A stretch of 63,861 nucleotides of DNA, the filler included, from Octopus bimaculoides (Eukaryota): assembly GCF_001194135.2 (NCBI RefSeq). It is 5 parts of 5 records of this genome, joined end to end, with 100 filler letters (N's around TTAATTAATTAA, not from the genome) between each part and the next. Parts side by side here need not be neighbours in the genome. Positions count along the whole stretch, not along the records: positions 1 to 7,716 come from NC_068981.1; positions 7,817 to 35,788 come from NC_068992.1; 3 more parts are not named here. One strand, given 5' to 3'. Below, one piece after another: positions 1-11,699 of this stretch. The notes beneath the pieces are model-generated. The model did no database searches and was not told the origin of the DNA. It was given only the letters and a program-made list of their open reading frames with translations. Within the stretch, counting starts at the first letter, position 1. Each line of letters opens with the position of its first letter. A program made the position numbers and the translations under genes.

Positions 1-1
1 A

Positions 2-269
2 TCTCCATCATCTGTGGTGGTCTTGGACAATGGTTCGTGTGGCGTTGACTCTGTACCCTCTGCATCCACGTTAACTGTTGTACCATTTTCTGGGCCACGC
101 TTAAAAAAGCTTGCTGCTCAGCTACTGCAGTTCGTACAGCCTCTGCATATAGCCTTTTTTTGGGAGCAGAAGGAATATACGGACTTCTCTCTTTGTGAGT
201 CCTGTTGGTATTCGGTGGATTATGTGTACGTAGATTTAAGCTTTCTGGTCTCCCTTTTCTGCGCTCCCG
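2..269 (-). other. Stop-free reading frame without ATG, possibly a LINE ORF1 (gag-like) relic
   Basis: Minus frame reads RERRKGRPESLNLRTHNPP...PKKRLYAEAVRTAVAEQQAFLSVAQKMVQQLTWMQR...PRPPQMM, about 89 codons open to the window edge. The YAEAV-type motif is typical of LINE ORF1 linkers. Confidence 0.25.
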
Positions 270-270
270 T

Positions 271-408
271 ATGTATAATATAAATAATATATATGCATAT
301 ATACATACATATATGTACATACACATATATGTATATACAGATGCTTATATGTATATGCAGATGCCAATATATATATATATATATACAGATGCCTATATGT
401 ATATACAG
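271..408. repeat. Compound (TA)n/(TACA)n microsatellite
   Basis: Direct reading of the sequence. Confidence 0.9.
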
Positions 409-640
409 ATGTCAAGGCGTCATAAAACGTAAACAACGTGAAATACAAAAACAACATGAAATACGAAATACGAAAACATGGAATACGAACTTTTTTTGCG
501 AACAACGAAAGAAACAAATGGAAAACAAGACAAGTAACATAAAGAACGACCCTTCATCAGCTGTCGGCTGTTTATCTACGTTACATTTCGAGCAATTACG
601 ACAATATTTGTCTTCGAGATATCAGTTGTTGCACAAGGCA
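409..640 (-). mobile_element. Dispersed repeat, probably a Penelope-type terminal repeat fragment
   Basis: Similar to 57278-57620 (shared ACAAG...CCCTTCATCAG and AACGAAAGAAACAAA blocks). Carries CTGATGA on the minus strand. Confidence 0.45.
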
Positions 641-1549
641 AAATAAATTTTGGGATTTGCAGAGGGTCAAAGTTGGTAATAAAAACAGAACAGTGAAAAC
701 AGGCACACACTGAAATGAACAGATACATATACATACATACTGAGAAATCTGCAGTTACTCTATCCACATTACAAGTTCAGGTTTATACCTGTAATTATTG
801 GAGCACTGGAATGTATAACACACTCCCTAAATACCAATCTTGAGAAATTAAGCTTCTCAAAACCAGAAAGGAGAAAGTTAATTCGAAGACTACAGATTCA
901 AGCCGTCAGTGGAACTAAAAATCTGTAAAACTTACCAGAAGTTTATCATTTATATGTATATGAACATGTGTAGATATACAACTATATGCATGAAAATGCA
1001 TATAGGAAATGTGCACGTATGCATAAAGCAAATGTGCATGCATGCATACATAGAAAGATACCCTGTTGATGTTGTTGAAATTCCATTGAAGGAGCCTTAC
1101 TTAGATCTAGGTTAGAAACCAAATCTTTCTGTATTGGAAAGAAATCTTGAAATAAAACTGAATGATGACTTAAATATATGCAAAAAGACAGACATATACA
1201 GACATAGATATAAGCTTGCTTTCCAACTAAAAGTTTTTTGGTTCAGTCTCACTACATGTCACTTTGAGCACGTATCTTCTACTACTATAGCTTCGGGCGG
1301 AAAAAAAGCCTTTTGAGAATTTTTAGTAGACGGCAACTTGTTTACATTTTCCCTAAATTTTTCAGTGTTCAAACAACTTGCCCTTACAATATTTTGTTTC
1401 CAATACCATTATTCATATACATACATACATACATAGATACATACATACGTACATACATACATACATACATACATACATACATACGTACGTACAATATATA
1501 TACACGTTTAAATAGAAATAAATATTATCGCTTGGTATTAATACTGACT

Positions 1550-1890
1550 CTGTCGCTAAAATATATTTTTTAACAAGCTCACTGGCTAATCGTGACTCCA
1601 GCGCCTGTTCGGGCACTTTTTTCTATATCTCGCTGGCGGGGAGATGAGTCGCTGCTATCTCTAGGGATCGAGCGTCCATCATTGACAAGACAAAAGAAGG
1701 TCGAGATCACGTGATCTGGTGGTCTCGGTACTCGAGAGGCAGGGATTTATCTCCCCGCTAGCCTTATAAACAAGAATGTATCTTGCTCCAAAAGCCAATG
1801 TGAGAGTTCCTCTCGTGGTATCTACTGCAGTATAATTTGTCCCAACAGAACATCCACGTTTAAGTGGAGATAAATATTCTTTCCCAGCGT
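1550..1890. repeat. Unclassified ~340 bp dispersed repeat, copy 1
   Basis: Colinear with 4435-4768; shared blocks include CAAGCTCACTGGCTAATCG, TATAAACAAGAATG, CCAAAAGCCAAT, GGTATCTACTGCAGTATA and CACGTTTAAGTGG. Confidence 0.85.
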
Positions 1891-2053
1891 TAATGCTGCC
1901 TTTGTCGCAAATATATATATATATACACACAAATTTTCGTCCAGAGAAAGGGAATGAGTAGAAAAGTGGGTTGACTGACAGCGAGGAAAATTCGACTAGT
2001 ACTGGATATGTACTTTATTTAACAACTTCGAAACGATAAAAACGATTTGAACA

Positions 2054-2216
2054 CGTCGGGCTTCTTTCAGTTTCCGTGTATCAGATCCATTCACAAGGTA
2101 TTGGTCGGCCCGAAGCTATAGTAGAAGACACTTACACAAGGTTCCACGCAGTGAGTCTGAACCCGGAACTATATGGTTGGGAAGCAGGCTCCTTACCACA
2201 CAGCCACGTCTGCGCC
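2054..2216 (-). mobile_element. SINE type A, 5' head
   Basis: Reverse complement of GGCGCAG..GTGGCTGTGTGGTAAG..GGTTCCGGGTTCAG..GTGTCTTCTACTATAG..GGAAACTGAAAGAAGCCCG, as in the full copies at 45785 and 53607. Confidence 0.9.
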
Positions 2217-2759
2217 GGTAAGAGAAATGCCCTTTTATTTTAATGACACATTAAGGGAATGTAATCTTAGGTACAGGTTGTTTAAAAATGAAATGGTATT
2301 GTAACAGCAGGGCGTCTTTGATCAAAGGATAGCTCAATCAGCGCTGAATTGGCGCTACGCGGCAACAACAGTCACTATTTCTACAACCACGTGACTCTCA
2401 GTATCGCCGCCGCCATCGCTACCAGTAGCATTATCATTCTGAACGCTATTAATGTTATCTGTTCTACGATGACAACTAATCTCAGCACCAGTACTTCCTA
2501 CTAGTGACACGAGAGAAGGTGGTTTTAACAAACAGCAGGAGGTCATCAATGGGTAGAAAGAATCGTGTGATAGCTACGGGATGTGAACCATCTTATAAAT
2601 TGTCACTTACCCACCCATCGCCTCTGGTATATTAGTGTTGACGTCTTCTTTACCACGACAACTGCTACTGCGTACTTTGTGTTGGTGACATGAAAATGGC
2701 TGAAGCATGTGTTGGCTGCTTTGTGTTCCGTGTGGTGAAAGTGAATGCATACCCGTCCC

Positions 2760-2815
2760 CTCCCCTTCTTTATCCTCCTCTTCCTCCTCATCCTCCTCCT
2801 CCTACTACTACTACA

Positions 2816-2855
<40 letters not shown>

Positions 2856-3227
2856 ACACCATCACCACCACCACCACCACAAACAACAACAACCACCACC
2901 ACCTCCACAAACTACTACTCCTNNNNNNNNNNNNNNNNNNNNNNNNNNNNNNNNNNNNNNNNNNNNNNNNNNNNNNNNNNNNNNNNNNNNNNNNNNNNNN
3001 NNNNNNNNNNNNNNNNNNNNNNNNNNNNNNNNNNNNNNNNNNNNNNNNNNNNNNNNNNNNNNNNNNNNNNNNNNNNNNNNNNNNNNNNNNNNNNNNNNNN
3101 NNNNNNNNNNNNNNNNNNNNNNNNNNNNNNNNNNNNNNNNNNNNNNNNNNNNNNNNNNNNNNNNNNNNNNNNNNNNNNNNNNNNNNNNNNNNNNNNNNNN
3201 NNNNNNNNNCGCCCCTCCCCCTCCTCT

Positions 3228-3287
<60 letters not shown>

Positions 3288-3297
3288 CACTACTACT
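2760..3297. repeat. Compound trinucleotide microsatellite (CCT/CTA/CAC/CAA/TAC) spanning an N gap
   Basis: Direct reading; gap at 2923-3209. Confidence 0.9.
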
Positions 3298-3744
3298 AAT
3301 GTGTAGGCGTTAACAGTGGAGTTATAGATACTTTTGTACGAATATGTTTTATGATTCTGTGGCTTATATCAGGGCCTGGACTCGTGTACCATTCACTGCA
3401 ACACCGGTTTATTTGGTTACTTGGGAAGGGCTAAGCCTTGGATCGGTTGCCACACCTAATACAATTAATGTGTAGCTTGGGAGGACACATAAGTACAGTG
3501 TGCGTGGGTGCAGTTGTGCACGCGCGCGCGTGTGTGGGTGCAGTTGTGCACACGAGCGCGCGTGTGTGGGTGCGTGTGTGTGTGTGTGTGCTGAATATAT
3601 ACTGTGTGAATGTGTGTGAATCCGAATGTGTATGAATCCGTATATTAAGGAAGTAGACAGAGAGAAACGTAGGTAGATGCGCAGACTGAAGACTAAAACT
3701 GTAGTGATCTAGTAATGATATTTAAACATGTTTAACCCAGGGTA

Positions 3745-4035
3745 AAGAGTAAAGATCCCCTTCTGTCATGAATGACCATAGGATTGCACCTAGAAAGTTA
3801 CCCTCTGAGGCACAAGTCTGGACAATCTATTTTATGGAAGACCAACAGTCGCCCATACATACCAATGTTATCCAAGGGAAAAGCAATGACCGACGCAGCT
3901 TGGCATCAGTGACATCACAACTCCTTTCTACAGTTGAGTGAGCGGGAGCAATATAAAATAAAGTGCCTTGCTCAAGAACACAACGCACAGTTCGGTCGAG
4001 GATTCGAACTCACTACCTCATGATTGTGAGCCCGA
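3745..4035 (-). mobile_element. tRNA-derived SINE type D (head, core and tail variant 1)
   Basis: Minus strand: CAGTGGTTAGAGCGTCGGGCTC (A box), GAGTTCGAATCC (B box), TTGAGCAAGGCACTTTATTT core. Colinear with 39003-39335. Confidence 0.85.
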
Positions 4036-4054
4036 CGCTCTAACCACTGAATCA

Positions 4055-4340
4055 TCATAGTCTGCTGGGTTTAACGGAGAATCTTGCCTCCCACAATATA
4101 GAAACATTTTTCATGGCACCAGCAGACAAAATGGATAAGGCGTTGCCCCAGAGGATGGTGATTGAGTTGCGCTGGAGTAGCCACCTTGACTCTCGGAGTT
4201 TGCACTTGCGGACAGCGATTTCTGTCTCGATAGCGCTGAGCAGTGGTATGGTCCGGAGGCCAAGAACGCCGGAGGTCTCAACTGCCACAAGCTCGACCAT
4301 AAACCTGTCGGAGACCGACCGATACCTTAAGGAGTATTAT
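4055..4340 (-). mobile_element. CRE-like non-LTR retrotransposon, C-terminal restriction-like endonuclease fragment
   Basis: ORF 4055-4300 reads VAVETSGVLG...RESRWLLQRNSITILWGNALSILSAG, matching the CRE-clade C-terminal pattern F-x-P-x-A-V-E-T-x-G...Q-R-x-S-x-A-x-Q-R-G-N-A. Confidence 0.65.
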
Positions 4341-4343
4341 CTG

Positions 4344-4381
<38 letters not shown>

Positions 4382-4434
4382 GTGTGTGTGTGTGTGTGAG
4401 TAAGCGTGCTATATATATATATATTACCTCTACC

Positions 4435-4768
4435 CATCGCTAATATATGATTTTTAGCAAGCTCACTGGCTAATCGCGTCACAGAGCTCCTGTTCTGGTT
4501 CTGTGTTTCTATATATCGTTTGCGGGTCGGGTGGAGGATGAGTTGCAGCTATCCCTTGTGGTCGAGCGTTCATCACTGAAAAAATAACCAAAAAACAAGT
4601 AAGGTTTAATCTGGGCGCTGGTAACGGCAGGAATATATCTCCCTGCTAGCAATATAAACAAGAATGCAGTTTGCACCAAAAGCCAATATGAGAGTTTCTC
4701 TCACGGTATCTACTGCAGTATAGTGTGTTCTAACAGAACATTCACGTTTAAGTGGGATAAATATTAAC
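4435..4768. repeat. Unclassified ~340 bp dispersed repeat, copy 2
   Basis: Colinear with 1550-1890. Confidence 0.85.
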
Positions 4769-4889
4769 CATGACATATATTGTGTATACAAGTGCTTGAT
4801 GTATGGACGTGTGTGAATGCAGTTAATTTGTATATGTGCACATATAATGTGTATGTGGGTTATTTTCATATGTGCACGTATAACATTTG

Positions 4890-5117
4890 TGGAGGCACGT
4901 GGCTTAGTGGTTAGGGTGTTGGACTCATGATCGTAAGCTTGTGACTTCGATTACTGGACTGAGTGATGTGTTGTGTTCTTGAGCAAAACACTTCATTTCA
5001 CGTTGTTCGAGTCCACTCAGCGGGAAAAGATGAGTATTTCTGCGATGGACTGGCGACCCATCCAGTGGGAAATATATACGCCACAGAATCCGGAAAACCG
5101 GCCCCATGAGCCAATAG
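4890..5117 (+). mobile_element. tRNA-derived SINE type D (tail variant 2)
   Basis: GGAGGCACGTGGCTTAGTGGTTAGGGTGTTGGACTC head, TTGAGCAAAACACTTCATTTC core, CTGCGATGGACTGGCG tail. Same as 51205-51410. Confidence 0.85.
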
Positions 5118-5814
5118 TTTACTTAGACCTCTTTCGCGAGTCATAGAGAAAGCTAACATTTGTTGTGCATTTGAAGTAAATTTGCGTATATATGTATGGA
5201 ATATACTATATATGTGTGTATGCCTGTATATAAGTATGTATATAGAGAGCATGTACCTGTGTACATCTGCGTCTCTGTCTATGTTTAGAGTACCCAGTGT
5301 ATGCCTATGATGTAGCTATGTATGCTCATGATGTTTGGTAAGCGTGAATATAGTGTACGTTGTAAAAAAGTAAGTGTATAGTACGTGTACTACGGGGATG
5401 TGTAGGAACCTGAGTGGAGCATATGATGTGTTTGTGTGTGTGTGTGGCAATATGCGTATGAAGCTGTGAGGAGGAACATCGGTGGTGAACGGATCCCCTT
5501 GAATAACTGCAGGAAGGAAAATAACAAAGGTAGACAACTAATCTAGCAGTCTGATTATCTAGGGAGAACGATAGGGTGTACAAACAAGAGCAGGACCTGG
5601 ATGTGTACACAAAGTATAAATGCTACTGATGGGTGTAGAAACAAGAGCAAGGCCTGGATGGTTATACACAGAATAGGTACCATTGATTTCAGAGACGGTC
5701 AGTTTTGTGTACATAGCAGTAGAGTTGTATGTACCATGCTGTAGGATGGTGAGTTAGAGGACGGTAGGTCTGTAGGCCAGATGCTACAGTATGTTAACGA
5801 GGAAATTTATCCTT

Positions 5815-5965
5815 TCTGCTTCAGACACAAGGCCTGAAATTTTGGGAGTTGGGAATTAGTCGATCTCAGTGTTCAACTGGTACTTCTTTCATCCACTCGG
5901 AAACGATGGAAGACACAATCGAACCCGGCGGAATTTGAACTCCGAACGTAAATATGGATGAAAAG
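5815..5965 (-). mobile_element. SINE type B fragment
   Basis: Degenerate reverse complement of GAGTTCAAATTCCGCC..GTCGA..CTTTCATCC..AAGTACCAGTTG. Confidence 0.7.
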
Positions 5966-6254
5966 TATTTTGTTTAGTGGGGTGGTCTTTTTGGTGGATG
6001 GATGAAGTTTATGTGTTTTGTGTGAGCAGCAAAAGCACTGCGACATCTATGAGAACAATGGTCCATTGTAGGTTTTGTTTAACTGTGGGCTTCAGACATT
6101 TTCTGGTTCTGTAAGTGAAAACCTGTTGTGCAATAAATATTTACATTGCACTTTATATTGAATAATTTCTCTCTCGTTTGTAAACTCTAAATATGTGAGT
6201 GTCCGTGTGTGTGTCTCTTTGTGCATACACACAGACACAGACACAAACACGCGC

Positions 6255-6288
<34 letters not shown>

Positions 6289-7164
6289 TCACGTATATAT
6301 GTATATATATACATACATATATATATAAGTATATACATATATATATATGTCTATATGATTCACTATATACGTGTATGTATGTAAGTGTATATGTGTATGT
6401 GTGTTTGTCGTCTATATATACGTATGTATATATGGATGAATAGATGGTGGATAGCGGGATGGAGGGATGGATGGATATAAACGTTTCAAATGTTCGCCAT
6501 ACAGACCAAAAGAGATTAATAGCCATTGTGGCTTGCAGCCCTCATCGAATAGGCATTTAATTAAAAGTATCTCAAAAGTGAACTCATAATTTTTCAAACA
6601 TAGTATATCTATGATTACATTAGTTGATGAGTTCTCGTATATCTAAAACCGCATGATGTGATGTGAGCAAAGTTTTGCCGCTAAATCTAGGAAGTCGAGT
6701 GAACACGTGTAAGCTACTGTGTTGACTCACTTGGATGTAATGTAAAACTAAGATCGTATTTGTAAGATTTTTTTTTTTTAGAGGACAAAAGTCAAGTTGA
6801 TGGAACAAACATTACTCGTAAACATTTCTAATTCAAGTGTTTCAGAAAAATGATTCGTGTCATTAGTGTTTGTCATAGAATTCTAGGTAAAAATCATTCT
6901 GATTAAAAACAAAAACAAAAACAAAAACATTCTAATTCTACTACAATATATCGAAGAACAAAAATCTCTACAAAATAATAGTATTTATGAACAGCTGATC
7001 TGGTGAAAAAACTACATGCTTAGTGAATATTATATTTTCATACATTCCCCTTTCAAATAAATATTTTACTGTCCTCTCTATACAAGATCGGAAATTGTGA
7101 CACATTTCAGTTTGAGCAAGAACTTGGGATTATAATGAATAAGGAAGCATTACTTCCTATTCGA

Positions 7165-7545
7165 CTATTCTTTTACTTGTTTCAGTTACTTGACGGCGGC
7201 CAAGCTGGAGCTCGGCCTTTAGTCGAAGAAACCGACTCCAGGACTTATTCTTTGTATGTCTAGTACTTATTCTGCCGGATTCTTTTGTCGAACTGCTAAG
7301 TTATGGGGACGTAAACACACTGACATCGGCTGTCAAGTGATGGAGAGGGACAAACACAGACACACACATACAAACACACACACACATATATATATACGAT
7401 GGGCCTTCAGTTTCCATCTACCAAATTCACTCACAAGGTTTTGGCCGACCCGAGGGTATAGTAGAAGACACTCGCTCGAGGTACCACGCAGTGGGACTCA
7501 ACCCGGAACCATGTGGTTGGTAAGCGAGCTACTTAACACACAGCC
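7165..7545 (-). mobile_element. SINE type A, full length
   Basis: Head, internal (TG)n and tail (GGCGG..CTCCAGC..GCCG..TGAAACAAGTAAAAG) all present. Confidence 0.9.
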
Positions 7546-7716
7546 GGCTGTGTGGTAAGCCGGGTGTGTGGTAAGTAGCTTGCTTAACAACCACATGGTT
7601 CCGGGTTGAGTCCCACTGCGTGGCATCTCGAGCGAATATCTTCTACTATAGCCTCGGGCTGACCAAAGCCTTGTGAGTGGATTTGGTAGATGGAAACTGA
7701 AAGAAGCCCATCGTAT
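7546..7716 (+). mobile_element. SINE type A head, inverted head-to-head with the previous copy
   Basis: The palindromic junction CACACAGCC|GGCTGTGTG is centred at 7545/7546. Confidence 0.9.
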
Positions 7717-7760
7717 NNNNNNNNNNNNNNNNNNNNNNNNNNNNNNNNNNNNNNNNNNNN

Positions 7761-7772
7761 TTAATTAATTAA
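7761..7772. other. Assembly linker TTAATTAATTAA inside an N run (also 35833-35844, 53852-53863, 62588-62599)
   Basis: The same 12-mer sits inside an N run at all four sites (44 N on each side at 7761). It is palindromic and gives stop codons in all six frames. Confidence 0.95.
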
Positions 7773-7897
7773 NNNNNNNNNNNNNNNNNNNNNNNNNNNN
7801 NNNNNNNNNNNNNNNNATATATATATATATATATGTATGTATGTATATATATATATATGTATATGTATGTATGTACATATGTATGTATATATATATG

Positions 7898-7931
<34 letters not shown>

Positions 7932-8132
7932 TGTATGAACGATTTCCCTTTGACCGTTTTATTAGAAAGATAAAGATGTGTGCTTCTGAGGCCAATTTAA
8001 ATATCATTCTCCAGTCTTTGCAATCGATTTTACTTAGTAAATTATATAGATGCCTACATTACTTCTGGGTATATGTTTTTACCTCGTGTTAGGTTTAGAT
8101 GACCCTGATTTCATTTTACATTTCTACGGTAC

Positions 8133-8350
8133 AGGCGAGCTGGCAGAATCGTTAGCACGCCGGGTGAAATACTTAGCGGTATTTCGTCCGTCTTTACGTT
8201 CTGAGCTCAAATTCTAGAGTGGTCGACTTTGGCCTTTCATCCTTTCGGAGTCCATAATTTAAGTACCAGTTGTGTTCTGGGTTCTATCTATTCGACTGGA
8301 CCCCCTCCCCCAAAAGTTCGGACCCTGTGCCTAGATTAGAAAAGATTATT
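8133..8350 (+). mobile_element. SINE type B, full length
   Basis: GGCGAGCTGGCAGAATCGTTAGCACGCCGGG head, GTCGACTTT-GCCTTTCATCCTTTCGG core, CTGTGCCTAGATTAGAAAAG tail. Confidence 0.9.
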
Positions 8351-10159
8351 TTATGATGATTGATTTTCTATCTCTTACTGCGACGCTCAGCATCTTTCTC
8401 TTGCCGTAACTTTCCCCTTTCTACCATTTACTATTTCCCTCTTTCTCAATCATGACCTTTTCTCCCTCTTTCTGACGCCCCTTCATGCTACCCATACCTG
8501 CAGATATCCACTACTCTCTTCTGTTGTTCTTTGCCTCGCAGGTGTTGCACTGGCAACACACTTCCAATATTCCTCTGTTAAGGTTGTATAAACCCCAACG
8601 CGGTTCTAAAATTCTCGCCTACCTAACCATTTTCTTGTGTAACCCAGTCTCCAGCTCAAATAATCACCCATTGTATATAATGCTTATCTGTTCTTTTTTG
8701 CACGAACATCATGCCTCTGTCCCGTTTGCTTTCAATCGGAATCTTTACTCGTTTTGTTTTGTTTGAACACGATTGTTTTGCAAATAACTGATATTTTCTT
8801 TTCGTTTTTCATCAAGTGTCATATATTGTATATATTCTAAGGCCACCATCGGTCTGGTTCACCACTGAGCAAGTGTTATGTTTTGGAACACTGACCATTG
8901 TCCAAACATTAAAGTCTTTTCCTTACTTTCTATAATGAAATTGAGATTCTATTATTTGTATTACATATTCTCATTCTCACAGCTACTTTGTTATATTTAT
9001 CGACAGTTCAGCGTTACACGACTAAATCCGGTGTATCATGCCCTTTAACTGTTAACTAGATGAGAGTTTCTTTATGTTATCGTACATTTAACGTCGCAAT
9101 TTCAATAGGAAAGTTTATACCGAATGAAAGTTATCACAATATACAACAAACCGTTATAGATATTACAGTAATATTATGGTAGAATAAAGTTATATGTTCG
9201 CCATATAATTTTAATATTCAGGGACCAAACAATGAAGTAGCTAAACATCCTAATTTTTTATCTTATAATGATTATGTGAGATGTCAGGAAAGTAGTTTGG
9301 TATTTATAAAGCTATATTTCTAACGAAACGGTACTGAATTCACACTTTATCACAATCTCCTCGAACATGGTTTAATAAAACCTTCTGAAATACAACTAGA
9401 TTATAGTGATCAGGTCTTTATTGTATAAGGGGTACTCTATAATTTCTCATCCGGTTTCTTATTTGTGATATTCTTAGATTCATTTCAGACATTAATAAAA
9501 TGCAATGTTAAGTTTTCACTAAATAAAAAATTCATTCTAATAGAGATTGTGACGTCTCTCTAAAACCTAAGAGCATATATGTGAGTGAGGGGGAAACTTG
9601 CTAGAAATAAGCCAGCTTAAGTGTTTTTGTAGCGTGACGAAAGGAAAATGGTGACAATCTCGAAAGATATATTTCAGATGTACAGATTTGCTTGAAGTCA
9701 AAAATTAAAATACTCTCTCTCTCGCTTCATATATGCGCCTGTGTCTATTGTTGGCTTATATCTTTCCATCTATTCACCTTGGTATTTATCCATTCATTTA
9801 TTTAACAGAAACGTAATACATTATTACACCTAATCATATTTACTAGGTTTCTTAAAAGAGTTCTATTGAACCATTAGATTTTCCAAACGGTGAAATAACA
9901 AATCAAATTGTTTCAGTTTTTTCGTTGATATTTGAGAGTCGGTATTAATTTGAACATAACTGCCGTTTTTTATAGACAGTTTCTCATATTGAAAATGCTC
10001 TAAGATTTTATCTATCTCAAATGAATTAGCTCTATAATCTATTCAATCTTCAAACAATGTAACCAGAAACAATTAACAATACTCAACCCAAATTTCTCTC
10101 AGAGTTATTTACTCTCGTCAGTTAAAACTTAGCTAACAAAATAAGGTTCCTGCAAAGAG

Positions 10160-10250
10160 GAGCGGGCCTGGCTGTGTGATAACACGCTTGCTTCCCAACC
10201 ACATTGTTCTAGGTTCGGACTCATTACGTGGCACCGTGGGCAACTGTTTT
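10160..10250 (+). mobile_element. SINE type A head fragment
   Basis: GGCTGTGTGATAAC..GCTTGCTTCCCAACCAC..CGTGGCACCGTGGGCAA. Confidence 0.75.
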
Positions 10251-10372
10251 CTTTTTTTTACTAGTTAATTACCTCAGTCCGAGGTAAATAACTATCTACC
10301 TCAGTGAAATTGGAAATTAAAAAAGAAACTCACTTTTATTTATCTTTATCATGTTTAATATGTGTTGAAAGC

Positions 10373-10600
10373 GCAGGAGTGGGTGTGTGGTAAGGAGATT
10401 GCTTACCAACGACATGACCTGGCTTCAATCCCACTGCCTGGCACTTTGGGCAAGTGTCTTCTACTATGCTGCGGTCGACTTTATCTTTCATCCTTTCGGG
10501 GGTCGATAAAATGAGTAGCAGCTGAGCACTGGTGTTGATGTAATCGACTTACTCCCCATCCCGAAACTGCTGGCTTGTCCCAAAATTTAAAATCAATATA
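10373..10600 (+). mobile_element. Chimeric SINE: type A head fused to type B core and tail
   Basis: GCGCAGGAGTGG..GGGCAAGTGTCTTCTACTAT runs directly into GGTCGACTTTATCTTTCATCCTTTCGGGGGTCGATAAAATGAGTA. Confidence 0.75.
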
Positions 10601-10606
10601 AACAGG

Positions 10607-10812
10607 TGGCGAGCTTGCTGCATTGTTAGCACGCTGGACAAAATACCTATCGGCATTTCGTCTGTATTTATGTTATGAGTTCAAATATTACAGGAATCGA
10701 CCTTGCCTTTCATTCTTTCGGGGTCGATAAAACAAGTAACAGCTGAGAAATGAGGTCGATCTAATCGATTTAGTCTCTTACCTCTAAATTGCTGGCCTAG
10801 TGCCAAAATTTG
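10607..10812 (+). mobile_element. SINE type B
   Basis: GGTGGCGAGCTTG..GAGTTCAAAT..CCTTGCCTTTCATTCTTTCGGGGTCGATAAAA..GTGCCAAAATTTGAAA. Confidence 0.85.
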
Positions 10813-11529
10813 AAAAGAAATATATTACATAAGTACATCTCTATTGAGATATCAATGTCTGTCTCAGAACTAATTCTCTACACCAGTTTTATTTGTGTGT
10901 TAAATATTTTGTGTCTGCAATGCATTTGTTTAAATCTTGATTTATTTTACTTTAATGTCTACCTGTCACTGGATCTTGATAGATGTTACTCTGTGTTGCC
11001 ATTAAAATCAAAATTCTAAAGTTTCGTTCTGATTAATTTATACATGAAGTCAATTATTCATCATAAAGCCTAAGTTGTATTTAATTAGTCACACGGGACC
11101 AGTGAAAATGTATGTCTGCTCTCGGAAAGCGACATATGTGATAAATATGTCTTTGTATTAATATATATACACACATACATATATGTGTGTGTGTGTGTGT
11201 GTGTTTATATATATATATATAGGAATGGTTATATATTTTTTTTCTTTTGCCAAATAAACACCCGAATTATATATTCGTTCTTCACTACAGATTTATTAGG
11301 GTTCCTATTTCATTGTCCTTTGTCTGAAAATATTTTACCACACAACTCGTGGCCGCTTCAGTAACATCCCATCCCACGTGTACCATCCTGCCCTGTTTAC
11401 TCTATTCTGTCTTTCTATATGGTGTCCCCAAATACAATATCTGTTTCAACACACGATTTCACACATCAGGAATCTTGCAAAACAAATTACATAAATGTAT
11501 ATATAAATAAATACATATATATATGCGTG

Positions 11530-11561
<32 letters not shown>

Positions 11562-11699
11562 NNNNNNNNNNNNNNNNNNNNNNNNNNNNNNNNNNNNNNN
11601 NNTATACTGTATTTAAAAGCAGCAGAAATATAACAAAAGACTGTTACTCGGAATTTCACGTTCCCATATATATATATATACAGAGAAAGATAGAAAGAT

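Noticed and set aside
1679-4869. The same open frame (PLKRxCSVxTxYTAVDT...LAFGA) in both copies of the unclassified repeat
   Set aside because: By my count about 12 of 13 differing codons are non-synonymous, so there is no sign of coding constraint.
7761-7772. TTAATTAATTAA palindromes in four N runs (7761, 35833, 53852, 62588)
   Set aside because: An identical all-frame-stop linker always embedded in Ns is an assembly or scaffolding artefact, not biology.
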